32,000 bases of DNA from Sinorhizobium meliloti. Lineage in GTDB: Bacteria; Pseudomonadota; Alphaproteobacteria; Rhizobiales; Rhizobiaceae. The position numbers were made by a program, and so were the translations under genes. This document shows, piece after piece, positions 17,592-25,509 of the stretch (position 1 is the stretch's first letter; every line of letters begins with the position of its first letter). The DNA lies in NCBI RefSeq assembly GCF_017876815.1, contig NZ_JAGIOS010000001.1:1620001-1652000 (forward strand), given 5' to 3'. The notes beneath the pieces are model-generated. The model was not told the origin of the DNA. It was given only the letters and a program-made list of their open reading frames with translations, and did not search any database.

Positions 17592-18695
17592 TCAGCTCGC
17601 CGCGCGTTCCGTCTCGTGCTTCTGGGCGTAGTAGTGGCCGAAGCGGTTGGCGAGGAAGGTGTCGAGCGCGATGTCTTCCTGGCGGACGAAGCCCTTGGTA
17701 GGGATCTTGCCTTCCGCGAGCATGTCGAGAACGGCGCAGATGCTGCCGGCGGTGGTGATCTGGATGCCGCTCTGCATGCGTCCTGCAACGACGCCGCTAT
17801 AGACCTTGTTGGCGTAGGTCTCCTGCACCAGGCGGCCTTCGCGGAAGCCCGAAACGGTAACGAAGATCACGACCACGTCCTGGGTGGTCGTCGGCAGGGC
17901 GTTTTCGAGGATGTCCTTCAGCACCTCGCGGCGATGACGCAGGCCGAGGTCGTTCAGGAGCGCCTTGAAGATCGCGGCATGGCCGGGATAACGGATCGTC
18001 TTGTAATTGAGCGTCCGAACCTTGCCTTTCAGCGTCTCGCAAAGCGTGCCGAGGCCGCCGGAGGTGTTGAAGGCCTCGTAGGTGACGCCGTCGAGCGAAA
18101 ACTCCTCGCGCTCTTCCATGGCGGGAACTTCGATCAGCGAACCTTCGACGATCGCCTCGCAGGGCTCGATATATTCGTTGATGACGCCGTCGGTGCTCCA
18201 GGTGAGATTGTAGTTCAAAGCATTCGACGGGTATTGCGGCAGGGCGCCGACGCGCATGCGCACGCTTTCGAGCGTATCGAAATGCCGGCTGAGGTCGTTG
18301 GCGACGATGGAAATGAAGCCCGGTGCAAGGCCGCACTGCGGAATGAAGGCGGTCCTGGCCTCAGCGGCGATCGCCTTGACCTGCCGGGTCGATTCGACGT
18401 CTTCCGTCAGGTCGAGATAGTGGATTTCCGCCTCGGCTGCGGCTTCGGCGATCGCCACCGTCAGATGGAACGGCGCGGCGCTGAGCACGGCGAATTTGCC
18501 GGAGAGCAGGGCTACAAGCGCCTTTCTGTCGGCGATGTCGACGACCGCGGTCGAGACGGCGTCGTGCTTCTCGACCTGCTGCAACTGCTCGGCGCTGCGA
18601 TCGGCGACGCAGACGCGGTAGTCGCCGCTATGGGCCAGCATGCGCGCGATGGTGGAGCCGATCTTGCCGGCACCGATGACGACGATGTCTTTCAT
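17592..18695 (-). CDS. Saccharopine dehydrogenase family NAD(P)-binding protein (possible L-lysine 6-dehydrogenase)
   Basis: It has an N-terminal Rossmann fold, MKDIVVIGAGKIGSTIARMLAHSGDYRVCVADRS. Its length of 367 aa and body are typical of the saccharopine dehydrogenase-like family. The divergent Lrp/AsnC regulator fits an amino-acid catabolic role. Substrate assignment is inference. Confidence 0.75.
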   Translation of the reverse strand: MKDIVVIGAGKIGSTIARMLAHSGDYRVCVADRSAEQLQQVEKHDAVSTAVVDIADRKALVALLSGKFAVLSAAPFHLTVAIAEAAAEAEIHYLDLTEDVESTRQVKAIAAEARTAFIPQCGLAPGFISIVANDLSRHFDTLESVRMRVGALPQYPSNALNYNLTWSTDGVINEYIEPCEAIVEGSLIEVPAMEEREEFSLDGVTYEAFNTSGGLGTLCETLKGKVRTLNYKTIRYPGHAAIFKALLNDLGLRHRREVLKDILENALPTTTQDVVVIFVTVSGFREGRLVQETYANKVYSGVVAGRMQSGIQITTAGSICAVLDMLAEGKIPTKGFVRQEDIALDTFLANRFGHYYAQKHETERAAS

Positions 18696-18798
18696 TTTGT
18701 ATCCCCGGGGTATGAGCCTCTTTCACCAGCATTGTCCCGCGGCCGTATATTGATTTGAAGCGTCGATATGGATAAATCGTCGGTCTATATTCGGCATT

Positions 18799-19251
18799 AT
18801 GCCGATACAGGTCGACGATATGCATGTGACGGACAAGGACCGCGAACTCCTCGCCATACTGCGCGAGAACGCCCGCATGCCGACGGCGACGATCGCCCGC
18901 CGGCTGGGCCTGTCGCGCACCACCGTGCAGGCGCGCATCGAGCGGCTGGAGCGCGAGGGGGTGATAGCGGGCTATGGCGTGCGCCTCTCGGAAAACTATG
19001 AGAAGGGCCTCGTGCGCGCGCATGTTCTGATCACGATCGCACCGCGGGCGCTGAGCCGGGTCACGCCCGAGCTCGCCGCCATCCGCGAAATCCGCATGCT
19101 GCACTCGGTCAGCGGCAGCTTCGACCTGATCGCGGTCGTCGCTGCGGCTTCGATCAGCGAGCTGGACCTGTTGATCGACCGCATCGGCGAAATCGAGGGT
19201 GTCGAAAAGACCCTGTCGTCGATCATCCTTTCGACGCGCATCGACCGCTGA
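18799..19251 (+). CDS. Lrp/AsnC family transcriptional regulator
   Basis: The HTH reads DKDRELLAILRENARMPTATIARRLGLSRTTVQARIERLEREGVIAGYGV, followed by a RAM/ACT-like C-terminal domain (VLITIAP...SGSFDLIAVVAA). The start could instead be the ATG at 18820 (MHVTDKD). Confidence 0.9.
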   Translation: MPIQVDDMHVTDKDRELLAILRENARMPTATIARRLGLSRTTVQARIERLEREGVIAGYGVRLSENYEKGLVRAHVLITIAPRALSRVTPELAAIREIRMLHSVSGSFDLIAVVAAASISELDLLIDRIGEIEGVEKTLSSIILSTRIDR

Positions 19252-19265
19252 TAGTCAGGTTCGCA

Positions 19266-20180
19266 TCAATGGTCCGGGATTGCGCCCCGGCCGGCAGGCT
19301 GCCGCGCTGCCGCCTGCGGTTCTGCCCGAGCATCGGGCCGCGCCCAGGCGCTCGGGCCCCGGATAAAGGAAACGCTCGCTCCGTCGCCCGGGATCAGCCA
19401 TTTTTCGCGGTCGAAATAGAGCTCGGCGATGCTCTTCGGCCGCGCGCGTGCGGCCTGATTGGCAAGGAAGTTGTAGCGGGGCGTGTCCCCCATCTCCCGT
19501 TTGAACTGGATACGACTGCCGAAGCGCTTGAGATCGAATTCCTGCAGGGCCTGGATCTTGAGAGTGATGCTTGCGCCCCCCGCCCAGCGGACCTCGCTCA
19601 AGAAGACGGATGCCGCCTTCGCAGCAGCGCTGGTGACGACCGGCGTGTCCCCGCTGTGCTCGATATTGAGTTTAACGCGGAAGGAGGTGATCTCCTCCTC
19701 GCCACGGCCCTTGACCAGGATGAAGATGGAAGAGCTCGGTTCCTGGCCGGGGCGGGCAAAGGGAACGAGCGATGAGCATTCCCAGCGGCCGCTCTCGGCG
19801 GATTTCCATTCGAGGTCGCGGAAGCCGGCCTCCCTCAGTCCCTCGCAAAGTGCCCTCGGGTCGCTGCGGATCTGACGGATGAATTGCTGTTCCGGCGTTG
19901 CAAGATCCGCGAAGATGTGGGCGGGCAGGAGTGCCTTTGGCGGTTCGGGCTTTTTACGTGGACCGCGGGCAGCCTCCGGCGGCCGCTCCGTTTGCGGCGG
20001 CGTCATCGCGAACCCCAGACCGGCAAGCAGCTGCTTCAGGTGGCGCTGCTCGTTGGCCAGGAGCACGGTCGCGGCGATCGCCGTGAAGATGAGCCCCACG
20101 GCGACGAAGAAGAAAGCGATGCCGGAACGGCCTTGCTGTTTCCTCTCCATCTTGCGTCGTTGCTCCGCCACGGAGATCAC
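19266..20180 (-). CDS. Hypothetical membrane-anchored protein with one N-terminal TM, a Pro/Lys-rich linker and a roughly 200-aa C-terminal domain
   Basis: The TM segment is GIAFFFVAVGLIFTAIAATVLLA and the linker is PPQTERPPEAARGPRKKPEPPKALLP. I recognise no catalytic motif. The GTG start at 20180 and the ATG at 20150 are both possible. Confidence 0.5.
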   Translation of the reverse strand: MISVAEQRRKMERKQQGRSGIAFFFVAVGLIFTAIAATVLLANEQRHLKQLLAGLGFAMTPPQTERPPEAARGPRKKPEPPKALLPAHIFADLATPEQQFIRQIRSDPRALCEGLREAGFRDLEWKSAESGRWECSSLVPFARPGQEPSSSIFILVKGRGEEEITSFRVKLNIEHSGDTPVVTSAAAKAASVFLSEVRWAGGASITLKIQALQEFDLKRFGSRIQFKREMGDTPRYNFLANQAARARPKSIAELYFDREKWLIPGDGASVSFIRGPSAWARPDARAEPQAAARQPAGRGAIPDH

Positions 20181-20264
20181 GGCATTACACCGGACCGCTC
20201 CAAACCTTCAGTCGTGGCGCACCATAAGGGATCATGGCGCCGGCGTCCAAACTCCTGAGCGAGG

Positions 20265-20370
20265 CCCCTCCCCAACCCCTCCCCACAAGGGGGAGGAGGG
20301 GCTTAAACTGTGGGTGCCGCAAGGGAGCCCCTCCCCCTTGTGGCCCTTGTGGGGAGGGGTTGGGGAGGGG
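20265..20370. repeat. Compound palindromic REP-like element with a perfect 27-bp inverted repeat
   Basis: cccctccccaacccctccccacaaggg (20265-20291) is the exact reverse complement of cccttgtggggaggggttggggagggg (20344-20370). The 52-nt spacer holds a second, imperfect inverted pair (gggggaggaggggc / gcccctccccc). The element ends 8 nt from the sitD stop codon. Confidence 0.85.
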
Positions 20371-20378
20371 GCTTACGT

Positions 20379-21233
20379 CTATTCCACGCTTGTCCGCTGC
20401 GCCTCGGCACGCGCAATCTTCCAGGTGGAATAGGCGAAGGCGAGCAGGAACATCGCCGTCATCAGAAGGACGATGGTGGGTGCCGGTGCGCTGTCGATGA
20501 AGAAGGAGAGATAGACGCCGCAGAAGGAGGCGGCGACGGCGACCATCACCGCGACCGCCAGCATGGCGCCGAATGTCCGCGTGACGAGATAGGCGATCGC
20601 GCCGGGGGCAATGAGCATGGCGATGGCCAGGATCAGCCCGACCGCCTTGAGCGCACCGACGATCGTCAGCGACAGGATCGCGAGCAGTCCGTAATGCAGC
20701 CAGCCGACCCTCAGACCGATGGCGCGCGCCTGAGCCGGATCGAAGGCGTGGAGCAGCAGGTCGCGCCATTTCAAGCCGAGAATGCCGGCGGCGAAAAGCG
20801 CGATGAGGCCCGTCTCCAGAATGTCGCCCCAGCCGATGCCTAGCATGTCGCCGAAAAGGATGTGATCGAGATGCACGTCGCTCTGGATCTTGGTGTAGAG
20901 CACAAGGCCAAGGCCGAACATGCCGGAAAAGACGACGCCCATCACCGTGTCCTGCTTGATGCGGCTGTTTTCCTTCAGGTAGCCGGTCAGAAGCGCGCAG
21001 CACATGCCGGCCGTAAAGGCGCCGACGGCGAGCGGCAGGCCGACGATGTAGGAAACGACGACGCCGGGGAAGACCGCATGCGAGATCGCGTCGCCCATCA
21101 GCGACCAGCCCTTGAGGACCAGGAAGCAGGAGAGCATCGCCGTCGGAATCGCAACCAGGACCGAGATCAGCAGCGCATTGCGCATGAACTCGAACTCGAA
21201 GACGGCAAGGAGCATGTCGAGCGAAGGCATCAT
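20379..21233 (-). CDS. sitD: Manganese/iron ABC transporter permease
   Basis: [59 protein letters not shown] is typical of the ABC-3 (TroCD/MntCD) permease family. The start overlaps the sitC stop (ATGA). The track ORF 20379..22034 is an out-of-frame read-through into sitC. Confidence 0.85.
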   Translation of the reverse strand: MMPSLDMLLAVFEFEFMRNALLISVLVAIPTAMLSCFLVLKGWSLMGDAISHAVFPGVVVSYIVGLPLAVGAFTAGMCCALLTGYLKENSRIKQDTVMGVVFSGMFGLGLVLYTKIQSDVHLDHILFGDMLGIGWGDILETGLIALFAAGILGLKWRDLLLHAFDPAQARAIGLRVGWLHYGLLAILSLTIVGALKAVGLILAIAMLIAPGAIAYLVTRTFGAMLAVAVMVAVAASFCGVYLSFFIDSAPAPTIVLLMTAMFLLAFAYSTWKIARAEAQRTSVE

Positions 21234-22087
21234 GCGGTCTCCAGAGCCTCGGATGCGCGGCGGCGGGCGGCGAGCAGCCCGTGTTTCGGGGCAAGTACGA
21301 AGGCGAACAGGAAGATCGCGGTCTGCAGCACGATGATGATGCCGCCGGTTGCGCCGTCGAGGAAGTAGCTCGCATAGGCGCCGACGAAGCTCGTCAGGGC
21401 CCCGATCGCGATGCTGATCACGATCAGCCGCGGAAAACGGTCGGTCAGGAGATAGGCGGTCGCGCCGGGGGTGACGACCATGGCGACGACCAGGAAGGCG
21501 CCGACCGTCTGCAGCGCCGCCACCGTCGAGGCCGAGAGCAGCGTGAAGAAGAGCACCTTCAGAAAGGTGGTGTTGATGCCGATGGAGCGGGCGTGGCTTT
21601 CGTCGAAGAAGGTCACCATCAGGTCCTTCCACTTGGCGGACAGGATCATGAGTGAGACGACGCCGATGATGGCGAGCTGCAACGTGTCGGCCGGGGTGAT
21701 GGCGAGGATATTGCCGAGCACGATCGTCTGAATGTTCACCGAGGTCGGCGACAGAGAGACCATGAACAGGCCGAGGCCGAAGAAGGAGGTGAAGATCAAA
21801 CCGATGATCGTGTCCTCCTTCAGCCGCGTGCGCTGGTTGAGGAACAGCATGGCACCGGCGGCAAGGGCACCGGAAAAGAAGGCGCCGAGCGAGAAGGGAA
21901 GCCCGAGCATATAGGCCCCGGCGACGCCCGGCACGATCGAGTGGGAGAGCGCATCGCCGATCAGCGACCAGCCCTTCAGCATGAGATAGGCCGAAAGAAA
22001 CGCGCAGACCGCGCCCACCAGCGCGCTTACCCACATGGCATTCACCATGTAGCTATAGGCGAACGGCTCGATGAGCGTGGCGATCAT
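21230..22087 (-). CDS. sitC: Manganese/iron ABC transporter permease
   Basis: [59 protein letters not shown] places it in the ABC-3 permease family, paralogous to the downstream gene. There is a 4-nt overlap with sitB. Confidence 0.85.
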   Translation of the reverse strand: MIATLIEPFAYSYMVNAMWVSALVGAVCAFLSAYLMLKGWSLIGDALSHSIVPGVAGAYMLGLPFSLGAFFSGALAAGAMLFLNQRTRLKEDTIIGLIFTSFFGLGLFMVSLSPTSVNIQTIVLGNILAITPADTLQLAIIGVVSLMILSAKWKDLMVTFFDESHARSIGINTTFLKVLFFTLLSASTVAALQTVGAFLVVAMVVTPGATAYLLTDRFPRLIVISIAIGALTSFVGAYASYFLDGATGGIIIVLQTAIFLFAFVLAPKHGLLAARRRASEALETA

Positions 22088-23019
22088 TCGGAGTCCGCCT
22101 CGGATTCCGATTCCGGTTTGGCCGGCTGCGCAACCATGCGGTCGCGGGCGCCATACATGACGAGCGGACGCTCGTCGTCGCTGATGACCGAGAGCTGGCG
22201 TGGATCGGCATCGTCATGGAGGTTCTCTCCGCCGAGCACGAAGTGACGCAGGACGCCCCCGAAGGCGAGCTCCAGGTTTTCGCGGGTGAAGGTGGTTTCC
22301 GTGGGACCGTAGGCGAGCACCGTATTTTTCAGAAGGATGGTGCGGTCGCAGAATTCCGGCACGCTTCCGAGATTATGGGTGGAGACGAGCATCACACGGC
22401 CTTCTTCGCGAAGCGCGACGAGCAGGCGGATGATCGCGTCCTCCGTTTTCACGTCGACCCCGGTGAAAGGCTCGTCGAGCAGGATGACGCGGCCGTTCTG
22501 GGCAAGCGCCCGGGCCAGGAAGACCCGCTTCTTCTGACCGCCGGAAAGCTCGCCGATCTGGCGCTTGCGGAACTCGCTCATGCCGACCCGCGCCAGCGCC
22601 GTCTCGACCGCCTCGTGATCGGCCTTTTTCGGGATGCGCAGCATGTTCATATGGCCGTAACGGCCCATCATCACCACGTCTTCGACGAGGACGGGAAAAT
22701 TCCAGTCGACCTCTTCGGCCTGCGGGACATAGGCGACGAGGTTCTGTCTCAGTGCCTGCGGCACGGTGAGGCCCAGGATCGAAATGTCGCCCTTGGCCAG
22801 CCGGACGAAGCCCATGATAGCTTTGAACAGCGTCGACTTGCCGCTGCCGTTGACGCCGACAAGGGCCGCGATGGTGCCCGTCGGGATTTCGAAGGAGGCG
22901 TCGCGCAGCGCCCGGTGGCCGTTGCGGTAGGTCACCGTAGCGCCGCTGACGCGAATGCCGCCATCCTCCTCTTGCGGAGCTGCTCCCGGATAGGCGCGGG
23001 CCTTTTCCTGAAGGTTCAT
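22084..23019 (-). CDS. sitB: Manganese/iron ABC transporter ATP-binding protein
   Basis: The real start is the ATG at 23019 ([12 protein letters not shown]...). Motifs seen are Walker [10 protein letters not shown], signature LSGGQKKR, Walker B ILLDEP and H-loop VSTHNL. It carries a C-terminal extension of about 60 aa. The track ORF is over-extended into sitA. Confidence 0.9.
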   Translation of the reverse strand: MNLQEKARAYPGAAPQEEDGGIRVSGATVTYRNGHRALRDASFEIPTGTIAALVGVNGSGKSTLFKAIMGFVRLAKGDISILGLTVPQALRQNLVAYVPQAEEVDWNFPVLVEDVVMMGRYGHMNMLRIPKKADHEAVETALARVGMSEFRKRQIGELSGGQKKRVFLARALAQNGRVILLDEPFTGVDVKTEDAIIRLLVALREEGRVMLVSTHNLGSVPEFCDRTILLKNTVLAYGPTETTFTRENLELAFGGVLRHFVLGGENLHDDADPRQLSVISDDERPLVMYGARDRMVAQPAKPESESEADSE

Positions 23020-23921
23020 TGCGACAAGCCTTTCGCGATCGTTTCCGATGTAACGCGCAGCAGATCGATATAGGTCGGAACGGGGCCGTCGGCCTCGCTC
23101 AAGGAGTCGACATAGAGCACGCCCCCGTATTTTGCACCCGTCTCCCGCGCGACCTGCTCGGCGGGGTCGGGCGAAATGGTGCTTTCGGAAAAGACTACGG
23201 GTATCCGATTGGCCCGAACCACGTCGATCACCTTGCGCACCTGCTGCGGCGTGCCTTGCTGGTCGGCATTGATCGGCCAAAGATAAAGCTCCTTCATGCC
23301 GAAATCGCGGGCGAGATAGCTGAATGCGCCCTCGCTCGAAACGAGCCATCGCCTTTCCGCCGGTATCCTTTCGAGCTCGGTGCGGATGGGTGCGACCGCC
23401 GCCTCGATCTTCTTCTTGTAGGCCTCGGCATTTGCCTTGTAGACCTCGGCATTCGGGGGATCGTGTTGCACGAAGGCGTCGCGGATATTGTCGACATAGA
23501 TCAGCGCGGCCGAAGGCGACATCCAGGCATGCGGGTTGGGTTTGCCGGTATAGGGCCCCTCGGCGATGCCCATCGGCTCGACGCCTTCGGAGACGACGAC
23601 GCCGGGAACGCCGTCGAAGTTCTGGAAGAACCTTTCGAACCAGAGCTCGAGGTTCAGCCCGTTCCACAGAATGAGGTCGGCATCATGCGCCTTGAGGATA
23701 TCGCGGGGCGTCGGCTGGTAATTGTGGATCTCGGCGCCCGGCTTGGTGATCGATTCGACCACCGCGGCATCGCCCGCGACGTTCTGCGCCATATCGGCGA
23801 TGACCGTGAAGGTGGTGACGGCCTTGAGCTTTTCCGCCGCCCGGGCCGCCGCCGGCATGAGCGATAGAGCAGCCATCGCCGCTGCTGCCGCCACGATCAT
23901 GCGCCTCGTTGGATGGATCAT
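23016..23921 (-). CDS. sitA: Manganese/iron ABC transporter periplasmic metal-binding protein (cluster A-I, TroA/MntC-like)
   Basis: The start ATG at 23921 ([28 protein letters not shown]) is preceded by aggaga. Metal-site contexts are [16 protein letters not shown] and VVFSEST...YVDSL. It overlaps sitB by ATGA. Confidence 0.9.
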   Translation of the reverse strand: MIHPTRRMIVAAAAAMAALSLMPAAARAAEKLKAVTTFTVIADMAQNVAGDAAVVESITKPGAEIHNYQPTPRDILKAHDADLILWNGLNLELWFERFFQNFDGVPGVVVSEGVEPMGIAEGPYTGKPNPHAWMSPSAALIYVDNIRDAFVQHDPPNAEVYKANAEAYKKKIEAAVAPIRTELERIPAERRWLVSSEGAFSYLARDFGMKELYLWPINADQQGTPQQVRKVIDVVRANRIPVVFSESTISPDPAEQVARETGAKYGGVLYVDSLSEADGPVPTYIDLLRVTSETIAKGLSQ

Positions 23922-23978
23922 CCGGCTCTCCTCTTTGCGAACCATAATATGGGTAGGCGAATGGTCTGCATAAGTCAA

Positions 23979-23999
23979 TGCAAATGAGAAGCATTTGCA
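23979..23999. promoter_or_regulatory. Mur/Fur-type operator (perfect palindrome TGCAAATG-N5-CATTTGCA) in the sitA-fur divergent region
   Basis: The site is tgcaaatgagaagcatttgca at 23979-23999, with 8-bp perfect arms. A partial second site, tgcataagtcaatgca, lies at 23967-23982. It sits 58 nt upstream of the sitA start and 44 nt upstream of the fur start. Rhizobial sitABCD is known to be repressed by Mur at palindromic Mur-responsive sequences. Confidence 0.75.
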
Positions 24000-24042
24000 A
24001 CTAGCTATTTCCAAAAGGTGTCCCCTTGGCTAGTGTCGCGGG

Positions 24043-24471
24043 ATGAGCCAGAGCAAGAATCGGATCGAGGAACTGGAAGGAATCCTGCGGGAAGGCGGCG
24101 TCCGCGTGACGCGCCAACGCGCCGCGATTCTGAAGATCCTGGCCGAGGCCGAAGACCACCCGGATGCCAGCGAACTTCACCGGCGCGCGAAGGAAATCGA
24201 CGCGACCGTGTCGCTCTCGACCGTCTATCGGACTCTTTCCGCACTGGAGCAGCAAGGGGTGGTGCAGCGGCATGCCTTCGAGAACGCGACTGCCCGCTTC
24301 GAGACGGCGGATGCGCCCCACCACGATCACCTGATCGATATCGAAACGGGTGCGGTGATCGAGTTCCGCTCCGACAAGATCGAGCAGCTGCAGGCGGAGA
24401 TCGCTGCCGAACTCGGCTATGACCTGGTGCGCCACCGGCTGGAGCTCTATTGCCGGAAGCGCAAGGACTGA
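24043..24471 (+). CDS. fur: Fur-family metalloregulator (rhizobial Mur, manganese uptake regulator)
   Basis: The winged helix reads RVTRQRAAILKILAEAEDHPDASELHRRAKEIDATVSLSTVYRTLSALEQQGVV, and the metal-site motif is HHDHLIDIETG. No C-terminal CxxC pairs are present, as in rhizobial Mur. It is adjacent and divergent to sitABCD. Confidence 0.9.
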   Translation: MSQSKNRIEELEGILREGGVRVTRQRAAILKILAEAEDHPDASELHRRAKEIDATVSLSTVYRTLSALEQQGVVQRHAFENATARFETADAPHHDHLIDIETGAVIEFRSDKIEQLQAEIAAELGYDLVRHRLELYCRKRKD

Positions 24472-24477
24472 GCGAAA

Positions 24478-25383
24478 TTACCCTCCGACAGTGGCAACCC
24501 TGGGCCGCGTAGGCATGGTCATGGCGGCGACGCCGGCGATGACGCAGCCGAGGCCGAGCCATGCAGTGGTCGAAAGCGTTTCCCCGAGAAATACCACTCC
24601 GATCGCAACGCCGATCGGCACGCGCACATAGGCCTGTGCCGTCGCGCCGACGGAACCGAGCGTGTGGATCAGGCGGAAATAGATGACGAAGGCGAGCGCG
24701 GTCGAGAAGACGGACAGGCAGAGGAGCGCAATCAGCGATTCCGGCGAGGGATCGAGCGTCCAGGGTCGATCGACGACGAGGCTCGCCGGGATGAGCAGGG
24801 CCGCACCCGCGAGAAGCGATCCGCAAGCGGGCATCATCGGATCGAGCCCCCTGAAGCCCTTCCCGAATATCGCCGCGCCGGCATAGCAGACCGTCGCAAG
24901 AACAACCGCAAGCTGCGGGATGAGCTGATCTCCGATGCCGCGGAAGGCCTCAAGACCGATGATCAGCCCGATTCCGGCGATGCCTGCAAGGACGCCCAGG
25001 AACTTGCGGGCGGTAACTGGCTCGTGCCGGGTGATCAGCGCCGTCAGGAGAAAGGCGAAGATCGGCGTCGTGGAGTTGAGGATGGCCGCGACGCCGGCAT
25101 CGGTCGTGCGCTCCGACCAGGCGATCAGGGTGAAGGGAACGACGCTGTTCAAGCAGGCCTGGAACAGGAACCGCCGCCACATCGCCCCGTCGCGCGGCAA
25201 TGTCAGGCCGCGCCACGCGATCAGCGCCAGAAGAACCGTGCCGGCAATCAGCGTTCGCGCGGCGATCAGCGTAACCGGGGGAATGGTTTCGACGCCGATC
25301 TTGATGAAGGTGTAGGAGGCGCCCCAGAGCGTTGCGAGGGCGACAAGCAGAAGCAGTTCGAGAGCGAGACGTGGCCTGTCCAT
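24478..25383 (-). CDS. EamA/DMT family transporter
   Basis: This 301-aa protein has about 10 hydrophobic segments and two EamA-like halves (LWGASYTFIKIGVETIPP... and ...GATAQAYVRVPIGVAIGVVFLGETLS). Confidence 0.85.
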   Translation of the reverse strand: MDRPRLALELLLLVALATLWGASYTFIKIGVETIPPVTLIAARTLIAGTVLLALIAWRGLTLPRDGAMWRRFLFQACLNSVVPFTLIAWSERTTDAGVAAILNSTTPIFAFLLTALITRHEPVTARKFLGVLAGIAGIGLIIGLEAFRGIGDQLIPQLAVVLATVCYAGAAIFGKGFRGLDPMMPACGSLLAGAALLIPASLVVDRPWTLDPSPESLIALLCLSVFSTALAFVIYFRLIHTLGSVGATAQAYVRVPIGVAIGVVFLGETLSTTAWLGLGCVIAGVAAMTMPTRPRVATVGG

Positions 25384-25469
25384 GAATGTGGTCCTTGTGA
25401 ATCGTTGTTCATCGGACCATTCCTAGTGTCCGGAGCCACGGCGATGCTTCGGTGCCGATCGAAGTGTGG

Positions 25470-25507
25470 CGCATTACCCCGCGGGCTTTTGCCCGCGGGG
25501 TAATGCG
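25470..25507. other. Perfect 17-bp stem-loop between the nucleobase permease and the EamA gene
   Basis: cgcattaccccgcgggc (25470-25486), loop tttt, gcccgcggggtaatgcg (25491-25507). It begins 3 nt after the permease stop (25510-25512). No U-tract follows on the minus strand, so it is not a canonical intrinsic terminator. Confidence 0.8.
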
Positions 25508-25509
25508 GA

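Noticed and set aside
17259-18758. 499-aa plus-strand ORF spanning the REP region and the dehydrogenase gene
   Set aside because: It starts inside non-coding repeat DNA and runs through two terminators. It lies antisense to a gene with a clear Rossmann motif.
20185-22034. 396-aa and 551-aa minus-strand ORFs across sitD/sitC
   Set aside because: The 396-aa ORF is out of frame with sitD and Arg/Pro-rich. The first roughly 265 codons of the 551-aa ORF are an out-of-frame read through sitC. The true sitD begins at the ATG at 21233, coupled to the sitC stop.
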